Origin: Monocercomonoides exilis PA203
Lineage: Eukaryota > Protista > Preaxostyla
Direction: 5' to 3'
DNA length: 64,000 nucleotides
NCBI GenBank assembly: GCA_001643675.2
Contig: LSRY02000049.1
Location: forward strand, 558,001-622,000
Shown here: positions 39,146 to 51,022 of the stretch, one piece after another
How positions within the stretch are numbered: position 1 is the stretch's first letter
How the letters are laid out: the number at the start of each line of letters is the position of its first letter
The notes under the pieces: generated by a model
The model's input: the letters and a program-made list of their open reading frames with translations, nothing else
Told to the model about the DNA's origin: nothing
The model's database searches: none
Made by a program: the position numbers and the translations under genes

Positions 39146-39556
39146 TTATTCGGAAAAACTTTCAAGCGTCTCTTTCATGTCATAAAATTGCTTTGCTAAT
39201 TGCTAAATATATAAAAGGATTTTGTCAAGTCATTAGAAATGCAAATTAAAGAAGATGGAACAAACTTGGAATTCTGGAACTGTCTGATTGAATGTGATTT
39301 GTCTGGAATCCCCTGACGCATCAGAAACCGTCAAATTTGTCTTTATAACAAAAAGCAAAAATTATGTTATTGGCTAAAACAAAGACACTGCAAACTTTAA
39401 CATATGGAATCATTCCTTTGAAACTTTTAGAATCGGAAACCATTGCGCCAATTTCCCATTCCAGTTGGTCTAATTCAAGCAATGATAATTTCTTTGATGT
39501 CTAGAAACAAAGAAATTTTGAAAATAGCATCCTTAAAAGTATCTTTAACATACCAT
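39146..39556 (-). CDS. COMMD6: COMM-domain-only protein COMMD6 (79 aa, 4 exons; exon 1 coding part is only the ATG)
   Basis: Exons 39556-39554, 39500-39396, 39340-39266 and 39202-39146, all phase-0 GT-AG. Product MTSKKLSLLELDQLEWEIGAMVSDSKSFKGMIPYVKTNLTVSDASGDSRQITFNQTVPEFQQLAKQFYDMKETLESFSE aligns with the COMMD6 pattern L.DFQWKLG...PYV..L.VAD.SG....F..T.P.FQ. Not in the ORF track. Confidence 0.88.
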
Positions 39557-39721
39557 TTATAATTACAAGCAAAAATGGCATAAATTGATCATCAATGAAA
39601 AATATTTGATAAATAAGTAGCAATAAAATTAACGATTGCTTGGAATCAAATAATAAGTTGTTTCAGAAAATTCATCAGACGAAGAATGATCCCATAAGTA
39701 AATTCAAATGATTCATGAAAA
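39557..39721. promoter_or_regulatory. Putative bidirectional promoter COMMD6 / POLQ-HELQ helicase with TGATC motifs (39586-39591, 39687-39691)
   Basis: 165-bp gap; each motif lies 30 nt before its ATG. Confidence 0.55.
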
Positions 39722-42700
39722 ATGATTCAAGAGGAAAATATCCCAGTATGCCATGATATTGTTTTTATAATTTGCTTTATTGCGCAATAAAAATTGTTTC
39801 TGATGTAATATGTTTTAGCCTGGAAGGAGTCTTTTTCAACAGCTTCACAAACAACGAAAAAGAGAAATACAATCGTGTCCTTTAGAAGGCGAGAAAAAAC
39901 TTTCTGATATTATGTATGGATCAAGAAATGAACTTGTTCCAAATGCTCCTGATGAAGTTAATATGTGCGAATCCTTTTTTAACAATTTTAATGGCTCGGC
40001 TTCAACTTTCAAAGATATCGACTCTTCTTCTTTGCATGCTGATGTACATCCATCTCAAACCTCTTGCACTGAAGTTGAAGAATGTCAATCTTCTTCAGTT
40101 CCCGTTATTACCCCAGAAAGACAATTTGTAGTGTCTCGAATGTCTTTACTTATGCAGCAAAAAAGGCGGATGCATCATTCAAGAACTTTAAAAGCGCCTG
40201 TTCAAATTTCATCCGATCAAAATCAAAACATTAAAACAGATTCTGAGGATTCAAAAGCTTTTGTTACTAACCCTATTGTGTTACCCCATCCAATATCAGA
40301 AATAAAGGTGAAGGAAGATCCATTCAAATCTGCAATTTTTGAAAAAACACCAATATCTCCTTCTCAGTTTCCATCGCTTACCGCTTCGCCTGTGCTTGAA
40401 GAAAAACACATTGCACCAACCTCATCTCTCTCGCTCTCTCCAAAAAAGACGCATCAAACTGAACCACAGAAAAATGGACTTCACAAACTTCTTCAAATAA
40501 CCATGAGCAAAAAAAAATCGTCATCATCACCAAAGCAGACTCCAGAAAACAGCCCATCCAAAAATTCTGCATCTGCGGTTTTCACCCCAAATAAAGATCC
40601 AGATTCGTCCTTTCCGCCGCATCAGCTCTCTGATCCAGTGGCAACTCCACCTCAGAAGCTCTTTCTGCCTGTCGAACCTCTGCCTCAAGCAGTCTCTTTG
40701 CTGTACAAAGCAAAGGGCATCACATCCTTCCACGAGTGGCAGAAGGAATGCCTCGCGCTGGAAGGAGTGATGGAAGGAACGCGAAACATTGTTTATTCAG
40801 CACCCACATCTGGTGGGAAATCGTTAGTGGCTGACATGTTAATCCTCAATTGTCTGCACATCCGAAGAAAGATGGCGCTGCTTGTCATTCCATTCATCAG
40901 CATAGGTGTGGAGAAAAAACAATACTACACAGACTTCGCCAGGTTGCTACGGTTCTCTGTGGAACCGTATTTCGGGCTGAACGGCACGTTTCCAGTGCGA
41001 TCCACGCTTCCCCCGTGTGTTCCGATCTTGGCTGTGTGCACGATTGAAAAAGCCAACTCGATTGTGACGTCGATGATAGAGGAAGGGCGGTTTGGCGAAA
41101 TAGGGTGCATTGTGGTGGATGAGCTGCATATGATAGGAGACTCGTCGAGGGGGCATTTGATTGAGTCGATGCTGACGAAGGCGATGGTGGCAGCCAAGAA
41201 GACAAAGGAGAAGAGAGAGAAGATGATGAGGGAGATGGAGGAGTGGATGGAGCAGCAGGGGAAAAAAGTACTAAACAATTTGAATAAAAAGGAGAAAGAA
41301 GATCCATCAAATGCATTATCATCGTCTTCAACAGAACTACCTCAGACCGACAAATTAGAAGCAAAAGCAGAAGCAGAAGCAGGAAAAGAAGCCTCAAGTG
41401 ACAAATGGCCATTTCCAGTGCAGTATCCACCGCCTCCCTATCAACCCGTGCAGCTTGTGGGGATGTCAGCAACTGTACCAAACTTGCACGAGCTCGCCAA
41501 ATGGCTTGATAATGCTCAGCTGTACAAAGGGCAGCATCGTCCTGTCCCGCTGAAGGAGTTCTTTGCATACAGCGACACACTCGAAGATTCACACACAGGC
41601 AGGCTTGTGAGAAAGTATGTGAGGCCGCAAGCACACAACGTATCTAAAGCTAAAGGAGCATGTGTCGATGAAGCGGAAAGCCTGTTTATGGACGATGTGG
41701 AAGTTGTGTGTGACCAGATGAGCTCGAAGGGAGATCCCGAGCATTTGTACTCCATCTGCACAGAACATGGCCTTGAGCATTCTGTCATTGTTTTCTGTGC
41801 GACGAAGCGGCAGTGCGAAGAGACAGCTGCGTTTCTCTCGCGCTTTTTGCCTCTTCCGGAAGAAGGATCCATTCTCAGACAGCAGAGGACAGAACTGCTT
41901 GAGTCCTTCTACGCTCTGAATTCTGCCAATCAAGCAGCTGATGCTTCATCATCTTCTTCTTCTTCCTCCTCCTCTCCTTCTTCTTCCTCTCCTTCTTCTT
42001 CTCCCCCAGCTCCTGATCCCAAGCTAGTTGACCCGCTGCTGAAGCCACTGCTGTCCTGCCTACGCCGTGGGGTGTCCTTCCACCACTCGGGCATTCCGCA
42101 AGACTGGCGCTCTCTGATTGAGAAAGCGCACAGACACCGCGTCATCAGCATCACCTGCTGCACAACCACTCTTTCTGCCGGGGTGAATCTCCCCGCCCGG
42201 CGTGTTGTTATCCGCTCTCCCTTCTCAGGCACCACTCCAATCTCAGCAGCTGTGTACAAACAGATGGCAGGGAGGGCAGGAAGAGCAGGGGTGGACACGA
42301 TGGGCGATGTGGTGCTGATGCTGAAGTCGGCAGAGCAGGCCAAGCAGGTGCGGAGGGACATCGTCAATGCAGAGTGCGAGCAAGTGGAGAGTCAAATGTT
42401 GGGCTTTGGATCAGTTCCTCAGAGCAACCAGAGCAGCAGCAATGAGAAAGTGAGCAATGGTGGGGGGATATCCATAGCTGGCGGGGAGGTGATGAAGGAG
42501 AGCGCGCAGAGAGGGTTCAAAAGATCGATTATGGATGCGATATGCTGTGGAATAGCAGCAGAGATGGAGAGCTCATTCAAAACGACTAATGGAAATAAAC
42601 AGAAGAATAGCAATAATAGCAATGGTAATAATAATAATAGCTCACAAGAGGCAGAAGAAGAAGAAAAGAAGCCAGTGACTACGATGAGGGGGCTGATTGA

Positions 42701-45533
42701 ATATGCTGAGCACACTTTGATGGCACTGCAGACGAAGAGAATCTTGCAAACAGAAAAGGAAATGCAAAAATTGGAAGAGAAGAAGAAAATGTTTGACACA
42801 ATTTTCAGTCAAAAATACGAAACAGATGAAAATGATAGTAAAGAAGACAAAGAAGACAACGAAGTCGATGAAGGTGATGGAAATGATAGGAATGACAAAA
42901 AAGAATGTTTTCCGAAGATCAGCAGCGATATTAGCATCAAAATGGAAGAGGACAATCTTCAAAAGGGAAGCAAACTGAACAAACTGGCCAAACTGAACAA
43001 ATTGAAAGAAGAGCTCGAGTTATTCACAGACATCAAAATGAGCACCAGTAAAACGCTGCTAACAGACGAAATGAAAGAAATCGCGCTTTTCTCTGACTCG
43101 ACCGTCGTTCCTTCTCTGGAGCGTCCAATCACTGCGCCTTCTGTGAAGCCAATAGAACCAGCCAGCGCAAGCAATTCAGTTGAGCACTCGTCCGTTTCAC
43201 TCGCTTCACATCCATTTCAAATCTTGTCTTCGTCTTCCACTTCGCCTGCGCTCACTTCATCGTCTTCTCCTTCTCCTTCTCCTTCTCCCTCTGTGTCTCT
43301 TTCTTCCTCTGTTTCTTCTTCCTCTTCCTCTTCATCTTCCTCTTCATCTTCTTCAATGTTATCTTCTTTTTCTTCCTCCTCCTCTTCTTCTTCTTCTCCA
43401 TCTTCTTCTCTCTTCCCTCATTGTGACACTTCATCTCCTCCATCCCCCACTCAATCGCGTTCACAATCACCTTCTCCTTCACCAACACCTTCTCATTCAT
43501 CCTCTCCTTCTCCTTCTCCTTCTCCTTCTCCTTCGCTTTCACTTTCACAAGGTCTTCGTCTTTCCACTTCAAGTTCTTCTTCCTCTTCTCCTTCACTCTC
43601 TTCATCTGCTCTCCCTTCTTCTTCTTCTTCTTCAACAGAACAGCGTGCTGCTTCACCTTCACTTTCAATGTCTCCTTCTTCTTTATCCTCTTCCACATCT
43701 TCATCTTCATCATCATTCACTTCTTCTTCTTCTTCCCCTTCGCTCGCCTCAGACAACTCTCCTTCTTCCACTTCACCTTCTGCCTCACCTTCAGCCTCTT
43801 CTCCTTCTCCTTCTCCCTCTTCCTTGTCAGCCAGCCTCCCTCCAACCACCCAAAAGCACCCGATCCTCACAACCGCGCGCACATCTTCATCAGCCTCGTC
43901 TACAGACAAAGTCGGCGGGGCACATGCACTCGCCGCGAGGGCAAAGAAGCTGAAGCAGCAGACAGCGCTGATGAAAGAGAAGATGGCCGAGCACCGTCTG
44001 GCAGAGCTGCGTGTCGTGCCCGACTTCGACGACCCTGTCCCTGCGCTGGTGGAGAACACGATACTCTGCCTGTTCAGATACAAGCTCATTGAGTACGGGT
44101 CGGAACCAGAAGTGGAGCATCATGATGAACAGAATAATCAAGATAACATCGATCCATCTGCTTGTTCTTTGTCTATGGCCACACAAACTGCCTCACAATC
44201 TCCTTCTTCGAGTGCCCCGTTGCCTTCTTCAAAGTCATTCGTGCTTCCTTCCTCTCCATCTTCTTCAGACGATGACGAGCTTCGGCGGCCGACACTGGAC
44301 ACACCGCTTATTCCAACACAGATAGGCGTGGCTGCATACAAAGCAGGGCTGCCCATTGAAATCTCTCTGTCTGTTTCTATTCTGCTTGGCAGGGCAGCAG
44401 ACTCGATGTGTCTTTCAGACGATTTGCACTCTTTCTTCCTCATTGTGCCCTTGCAGGAGTCTGGTGACAGCATCAACGTGAACTGGCGGCTGTACTGCCA
44501 AATCTTCCATTCATTAAGCCCACTCCGAATGGACATTGCTAATCGATGTGGGGTGAATGAAGGATTTCTCACGAAAATGTCGCAGGGAACTGGGAAATCG
44601 CAGCATTCCGCACAGCCCAGCGAGAGGTTCTTCCACAACAGCGATTGGATCTACGTGCATCCACACACAGGAGAATCGCTGCATTTCACATCTGCTGCTC
44701 ACTCTCCTCTGTCGAAGCATCTTTTCCATGTGTTTTCTGACCCGCTCTCTCAGTTCCGCATCGGCGGGCCGTGGCTTTCGCAGGAGACGACCTGCAAACG
44801 CTTCTATTCTGCGCTTATTCTGTCTGACTTGGCGAACGAGGTTCCCCTGCCGATCATCTGCACACGCTACAACGTGGCCAGCGGGGCAGTGCAGAGCCTG
44901 TCGAACTCTGCTGCCATTTCTGCCCAGATGCTCTCTGCGTTTGCGCGGCGGATGGGGTGGAGTGGGCTGGAGGCGGTGCTCACGCTGCTCTGCCAGCGCC
45001 TCAACAACGGCGGCGGTGTGAAGCCAGAGCTCATACCGCTCACTGCTCTCACAGGCGTTGGCCCGTCTCGTGCGCGCCTGCTGTATCGGCACGGATTCCG
45101 TTCTGTTGAGCAGATTGCGAAGACGGACCCGGAGGACTTGTCAGTCGCACTGCCTGGAAGAGGGCTTGGCAGGTTTCCGCTGGCTGTGGCGAAGCGGATT
45201 GTGCTGTCTGCGCGGAAGGCGATTAAGAAGGAGATTTCGGATGGGCTGGACACGATCAAGGAGAAAGAGGAGCAGTGGAAGGAGATGGAGAAGAAGAACG
45301 AGGAGATGAAGAAGAAAGAGCTTGAGGCACTTCAAAAGAAAAAAGAGCAGGTTTTAAACAGAGCCCATGAAGAAGCACATCCAGACCCAGCATTGCACAA
45401 CCCACTGGCACTTGAAGATGAACCCTTGTTTTGTGCAGAAGAAGAAGCGCCGCTGGATGAGTTGGACTTTATCGAAGACGAAGACGAAATACAGGCTATT
45501 CTGATGGAACGACTGGCTACTTACGAAGATTGA
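39722..45533 (+). CDS. Ski2-like SF2 DNA helicase of the POLQ (DNA polymerase theta) / HELQ (Hel308) family, without an A-family polymerase domain (~1910 aa)
   Basis: Motifs FHEWQKECL, YSAPTSGGKS (I), VVDELH (II), GMSAT (III), TTTLSAGVNLPARRV (V), QMAGRAGRAG (VI), ratchet region and HhH (GVGPSRARLLYRHGF). A short exon 39722-39745 and intron 39746-39818 extend the 39912 ORF in frame. Confidence 0.9.
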
Positions 45534-45800
45534 TTCTTGTATTCATTTTCTTGTATATTTTTTAGTTGTTGTTGTTGTTGTTGTTTCTATGTTTGATTGA
45601 ATGATTCTAATGTTTGCTTTTCTTTTTATTTGGCTTTTTTCTTTTGAAAATTAAAGATTGTGAATAAAAATAAACTTTTTATTTTTTTTTTTTTTCTTCT
45701 CCCCAACATTTTTGAAATGGGTGAGGTGTTTCGCGAAGTGAATGAAATGAAATTATTGAAATGGATAGACGTGTTTTTTGTGGCTTTCTTTTTAAATTAT

Positions 45801-46747
45801 TCAACTTTGTTTCATAACTTTTCTGCTTTCGTCAATATCATCATCATTGTCGCTGTCATCACTTTCATCAGATTCTTTCTCTTTTGCATCAGAATTATCT
45901 TCGTCTTTTTCTTTCTCTTCTTTATCGCTATCATCGCTACTGTTCAAATCATCATCATCATCATCTAAATCCAAATCGCTGGACATTTCAAGAAGAGATA
46001 CTCGAGGCTTCAGTTGAGCCTATTCAATATAATTTTTGGTAAAAATTAATGTACGGGGAAATTCTTAGAAAAGAATTTATAAAATGAAATCATACTGAAG
46101 TTTCCAAAACAATTCGCTTTGGAAGATGAGGAAGGGTAATGTGGCAAACAATGCGCTTTGTCAATAGATCATCAATAAATGAATCAACATGATCCAATTC
46201 CCATCCCGTTGGAGTACGCTTTCTAAGCTTTCGATAGTCATTGTAATATGGCTCAAGTGTAGTGTAGATGTCAATAGGATCTCCAACCAATCGAAGATAG
46301 AATGCACCAAGGACACGGAGATATCTTTCAAAAAATTGATGATTCAAAAAATATATATATATATAAATTAAATGCATACTTCAATGATTGATTTGCAATA
46401 TACTGCTTCACTATTCTAATTTCTGGTTGAAGTTGAAGCATTTTCATTATTAAGCAAAGGAAAGGCGTCGGTTGCATATTTCCTCCAAAGCATCCTCCAT
46501 AATATGTCAATTCTCGTGCTCTATCAATAATAGATGATTCTTAGCATCAATTTTAAATTAATGAATATATATTCATATTATTAAAAACAAAATACAGTTT
46601 ATTCTCAGCCAACAAACCATTTAACGCAAAGCATTGTTCCTTCCAATAAAGGCATCCTTGGATTTTGCTTCTTGTTATTTTCTCGATAAGAAATTGTGGA
46701 TTAGAGCCATGAATACTTTTGGCTCTTAAATCAGTTTTATTAGCCAT
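45801..46747 (-). CDS. PRP38: Pre-mRNA splicing factor Prp38 (PRPF38A), 4 exons
   Basis: Exons 46747-46618, 46539-46380, 46324-46096 and 46019-45801. MANKTD...IHGSNPQFLIEKITRSKI...YWKEQCFALN, PTPFLCLIMKMLQLQP, KYLRVLGAFYLRL, LEPYYNDYRKLR; acidic tail. Confidence 0.95.
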
Positions 46748-46867
46748 TAAAAAATGCTCTCAATATTTTATGATCAAATAAGATCTATAATATCTTATTT
46801 GAGCTGTTATAAACCCCTTCCAGTTTCAAGTTAATTTAAATTATCATTTTTTTAAAAGACTAACCAG
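46748..46867. promoter_or_regulatory. Putative bidirectional promoter PRP38 / DRC7 (TGATCA 46771-46776)
   Basis: 120-bp gap between divergent ATGs. Confidence 0.5.
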
Positions 46868-49800
46868 ATGTCAGAGATACAAGATTACCCTTCTTCATAT
46901 TATCATAATACTGAAAAAGAAGAGATAACTCTTGCATTTGTTGAAAATGTCAGACAGCAATTTCAACTAATTTTTCCAAAACGTGCAGAGCTTTTCTTGT
47001 GCCCCTTCAATGAATGTGGAATTCAAGTTTGCCTCAATTTTTTAATATTTTATAAATATCTTTGAAAATAAAATTGTTATTTGACTTGAAATTAAAAAGA
47101 AATTCATTTCAACAACTATTTGCCCAACTGTTCTTCCATTTCCAGAATTATATGAGCTTGAAGGGTGCATCAAATTTGTTGCTGATAGAATCGACTTTCA
47201 ACCCCTTGAGGATATTTTTAAGATGGTTCGATACTTATTTTGTTGATTATGATGTTTTTAATTAATTATGTTATTCTGAATGTTTTAGCCAACTACGCTT
47301 GTATCGCCATACACAACACTGATATCAAAAGCTGGAAATGCTTTTGATATTTCAACGCTGCTTTGTTCTCTTTTGATTGGTATGTTGTTAGATTCAATTT
47401 TAAAATTTTATTTTTGAATGTTTTAAATATTTTCAAAATTGAAGCTGCTGGATTTAATGCATATTGTGTTGTTGGATATTGCAATGAATACATTGCGCGA
47501 GGAAGTCGCGCGCTTGATTCTTGTGATGCAGCTCAGCCAATACTCCCACCAAAACCTCCTGAAAAGAAGAAACGAGTTCCAAGCTATACGATTGCAAAGC
47601 GTTATTCACTTCGCTCTGAATATGATGAAGCAACAAAAAAGGAAGAAGAAGAAAAAGAAAGAGAGAAGCAAAGAAAGATTGCTTCAGGAGAGATGAAAGA
47701 AGGAGAAGAAAGCACCACTGGCTCGAGAATGCCAACGAGAGGAGGAAGTCGAGACGCCGGAAAGCGTCAAGGAACCAGAGACGGTTCAAGAGGGGGGGGA
47801 GCGTTTGGGTCAACTGCGGAGAAAGAAGAAGAGGAAGACGATGACGACTGGATTGAGGTCGAAGTCACTGACGATGAAGCGGAGGAGGAGGAAGCGCCAA
47901 AGGAAGGGGAAGGAGACTCACAGGCTCCAGCGCAGGTGCAATCGACCACTCCTTCAGAGGGAGCAGCTGCGGAGACGGCGGAGCCTCCGAAGAAGAAGAC
48001 GAAGATTGTGAAAGTGCGAGGACTGAAGCACCAGATGGGAGTGGATGGGCAAGTGCTCACGATGATTGAGCTGGATGCCATTCTGAAAGCAGAAGCAGAG
48101 AAAGACGCGAGAGAGAAGCAGAGAAAAATGGAGGAAGAGAAAGAGAAAGAAGAAGAAAGAAAGCGGAAGGAGGAAGAAGAGCGGCGCTTGGCGCTTATAC
48201 CGAAGCCCGTACATTGCTGGGTGCTTGTGCGCCCAGGTGCGAGGGGAGTGACGAAGACGATGTTTGTTGAGTCGACAACAGGTCGCAGCTTCAGCGTGAC
48301 TGAGGTGGTGCGGGCGACGGGGCTGAACATCGAAGAGCTGAAGGCGAAGGAGAAAGAGCTGATGGCTATTCTTGCGGAGGAGAAGAAGTTCAGAGCTGAA
48401 ACGGAAGAGACTCGAAAAGCGATTGAAGAGCTGAATGCGCAGATGCAGCTGGCGACGTCTCCGTTGGCGTCGATGTACCTCGGGGTAGAAAGTGTGTACA
48501 ACAACAAGAACTGCTGGGCCGCACTCACAAAGGAGATCAAAGACAAAGGAGAGTTTGACATATCTGACGCCGACAAGTGGACAAGCATCATGGTCGAATC
48601 GAGAAGGAAAAAGAAGAAACCGCAACAGCCTCAGCCTGATTTGGCATTGCAAACATCTGTTCCATCGTCTTCTTTGCCTTCTGCCAGAGGGGATAACGAG
48701 GAAAGTGGAGCGAATCCGGAAGCTTCGAATGAAAAAGAAAAGACTGAAGAAGAAAAGGAAGCGAAAAAGGAAGGCGAAGAGAAGAAAGAAGAGGGAGACA
48801 AAGAAGCAGCTGCAAAAGGAAGTGAAGACATGGATGAGGAAGAAGAAGGCAACGACGGAGAAAATGGAGACGGAATGGGGTTGATTGAAGAGGAAGACGA
48901 GGAAGATGAAGAAGAGATGCAGGACGAGATTCTGGAGACTCCTCCAACTTGGGTGAAGCCTCTAGAACTGACGCGAGAAGAGCATCATGAGCGTTTCCCT
49001 GGTGGAGGAAAGGGAATAACATATGGAACAGCAAAAGAAGAGAAGTTCACGACATTCCTCAACGAAGACGGACTTGTGTCGAGTGTGGAGATTTTGGATA
49101 CGGACGAAGAAGAAGAAGGAAGAGGAGGGGAAAGAGCACTGGATGCTACTGGAAAGGATTCGTATGGCGGAGGAGAAAGTGTATGGAGAGAGGGAAACGG
49201 AAGCTTCAGCAACGACGGCACAGGCGGAAGTGGCAGAGGAGGGAACGGGAATGAGCAGCTTGGCGGGGCAGAAGAAGGGGCAGTTGTGAAGGAGACACGG
49301 GAATTCTTCAAAAACAGAAGCGATTTCTTGTCTGTGCGACGCATTCTCTACAAAGAAAATCGAGTGATCTGTGAGTTTGAGCCAGGGCAGGTGGATCATG
49401 TGGTGTCATGCATTAACGACGAGACAGTGACGATTCTGAACTTCAGAGAGAATGGAAGGAGAGACGGGCTGGTGAAGCGAGAAGAGCGAGTGGGGAAGAA
49501 AGTGATTGAGTATTTCAAGGGTAGAAGCGACAGGTTGATTAAGCGGAGTCACAGTGTGATGAATCCAGATGGCGGAATGGGAGGAGGGATGTTTGGCGAT
49601 CAACATGGGTGGATGGAAGGAGGCAGAGACAGCAGAGGCGGGATGGGGGGAATGAATGCAGGCAACACAGGAAGAGGGACGCCACAAATAATGCGGATAT
49701 CAGACGAGTTTGATGTGAACAAGTATCTTCCTCAGGATAAATGGCACACGTGTGTGAAGAAGCGTGTGTTCTGGCTTGATCGAGACGAGCTGCGGGTGAA

Positions 49801-50658
49801 GGTGGTGATGCATCCACAGAAGGGATATCTGACATCTGACACACGCACCTTCCGTCCCGACGAGGCGGCGGGAGGATTCCAGTGCGATGTCAAGAAGGCT
49901 GATCCACTTGCTGCTCGTCCGACTGCAATTGCCCTGCAACACGAATGGGTTGCGCTGGGAAAGGACTTTTCTGCATTGCAGGTTGCTGTGGCTAAAGCAG
50001 ATGAGGATGCTATTAGAATACTAACAGTGTGCTTTTTATTAATATATTCAATTGCTTTTTTTAACAATGATATGTTATAATAAAATCATTATTTTTATTT
50101 TTATTTGTTCGCTATCTCTCAACAATAATCAATATTTTTTCTTATTAATAATTTTAGCACATTGACGAGCTGAAAGGACAGTTGACGCTCCGAAAGAGCA
50201 TATTTGACACACTTCACTACTCTGTCCAAGCGCCGTTGCGAGCTAGCGACGAGAGCAAAGACAAAGACGGCGAAGCACAAGGCGCATTCGACTATTTGGC
50301 ACCATTCCTTAAGGATTATGACACATCATCGCCTCTTCTGCCGCACCAGGCGCGTGCTGTTGTGGAGGCATTCAAGCGGCACTTCCAGAACAGAATGCAC
50401 GAGAGGCTGAAGGTGATGGAGAGGAGGAGACAGAAGTTGGAGCAGGAGGCGGTGGAACAACAGGAGTATATTGACAAGCTGGGTGATCATGCAGACAAGG
50501 AGCTGCTGGAGGCGAGTGTGCAGAAGTACGACGAGATCGTCTTCTCCCTCAATGTTGCGAAGCTGCGGCTGAGCAAGTTTAAGCAGGACTTTGACGTTCG
50601 CCTCAAGGAGATGGAGAACAAGCTGAGGTCTGATCCACGCCTCAGCTCAATCTACTAA
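46868..50658 (+). CDS. DRC7: Dynein regulatory complex subunit 7 (CCDC135/FAP50), 5 exons
   Basis: Exons 46868-47026, 47100-47225, 47289-47379, 47445-50026 and 50158-50658. YPSSY..NT.KEE, LFLCPFNECGIQKFISTTI.PT, GNAFDISTLLCSLLIAAGFNAYCVVGY, HCWVLV, YLGVESVYNNKN, RRDGLVKR, DYLAPFL, terminal KLRSDPRL. Confidence 0.92.
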
Positions 50659-51022
50659 CGGTCACTTCTCATTTCTCATTGGCTCTTCTTGTTTCTTTTT
50701 ATGTTTTTGCGTTCTTGTTACTATTTCAAGTCATTTTATCTTCAAAAAATAATTTTAGTTTTTTATTCCTTTTCATCTCACAAAATTCTCTTTCGATTAA
50801 TTGCAATTGTTTTTTTCCTGTTGTGTAAAGAAATGAAACAGAAAACGTTCAAATTGAAATGTGAACTGGGGGATGTGATAATTTTTGTGAATAAAAATGC
50901 TAAAAACATTGGCAAGGATAAGAAATTATTGTGAAGTGAACAGAAAAAGCTGTAGATAAAAAGTGAATTTAAAAAAAGATTTGAACTTCTATTCTAAATA
51001 AAAGAGCATTCACTCTGCTCTT

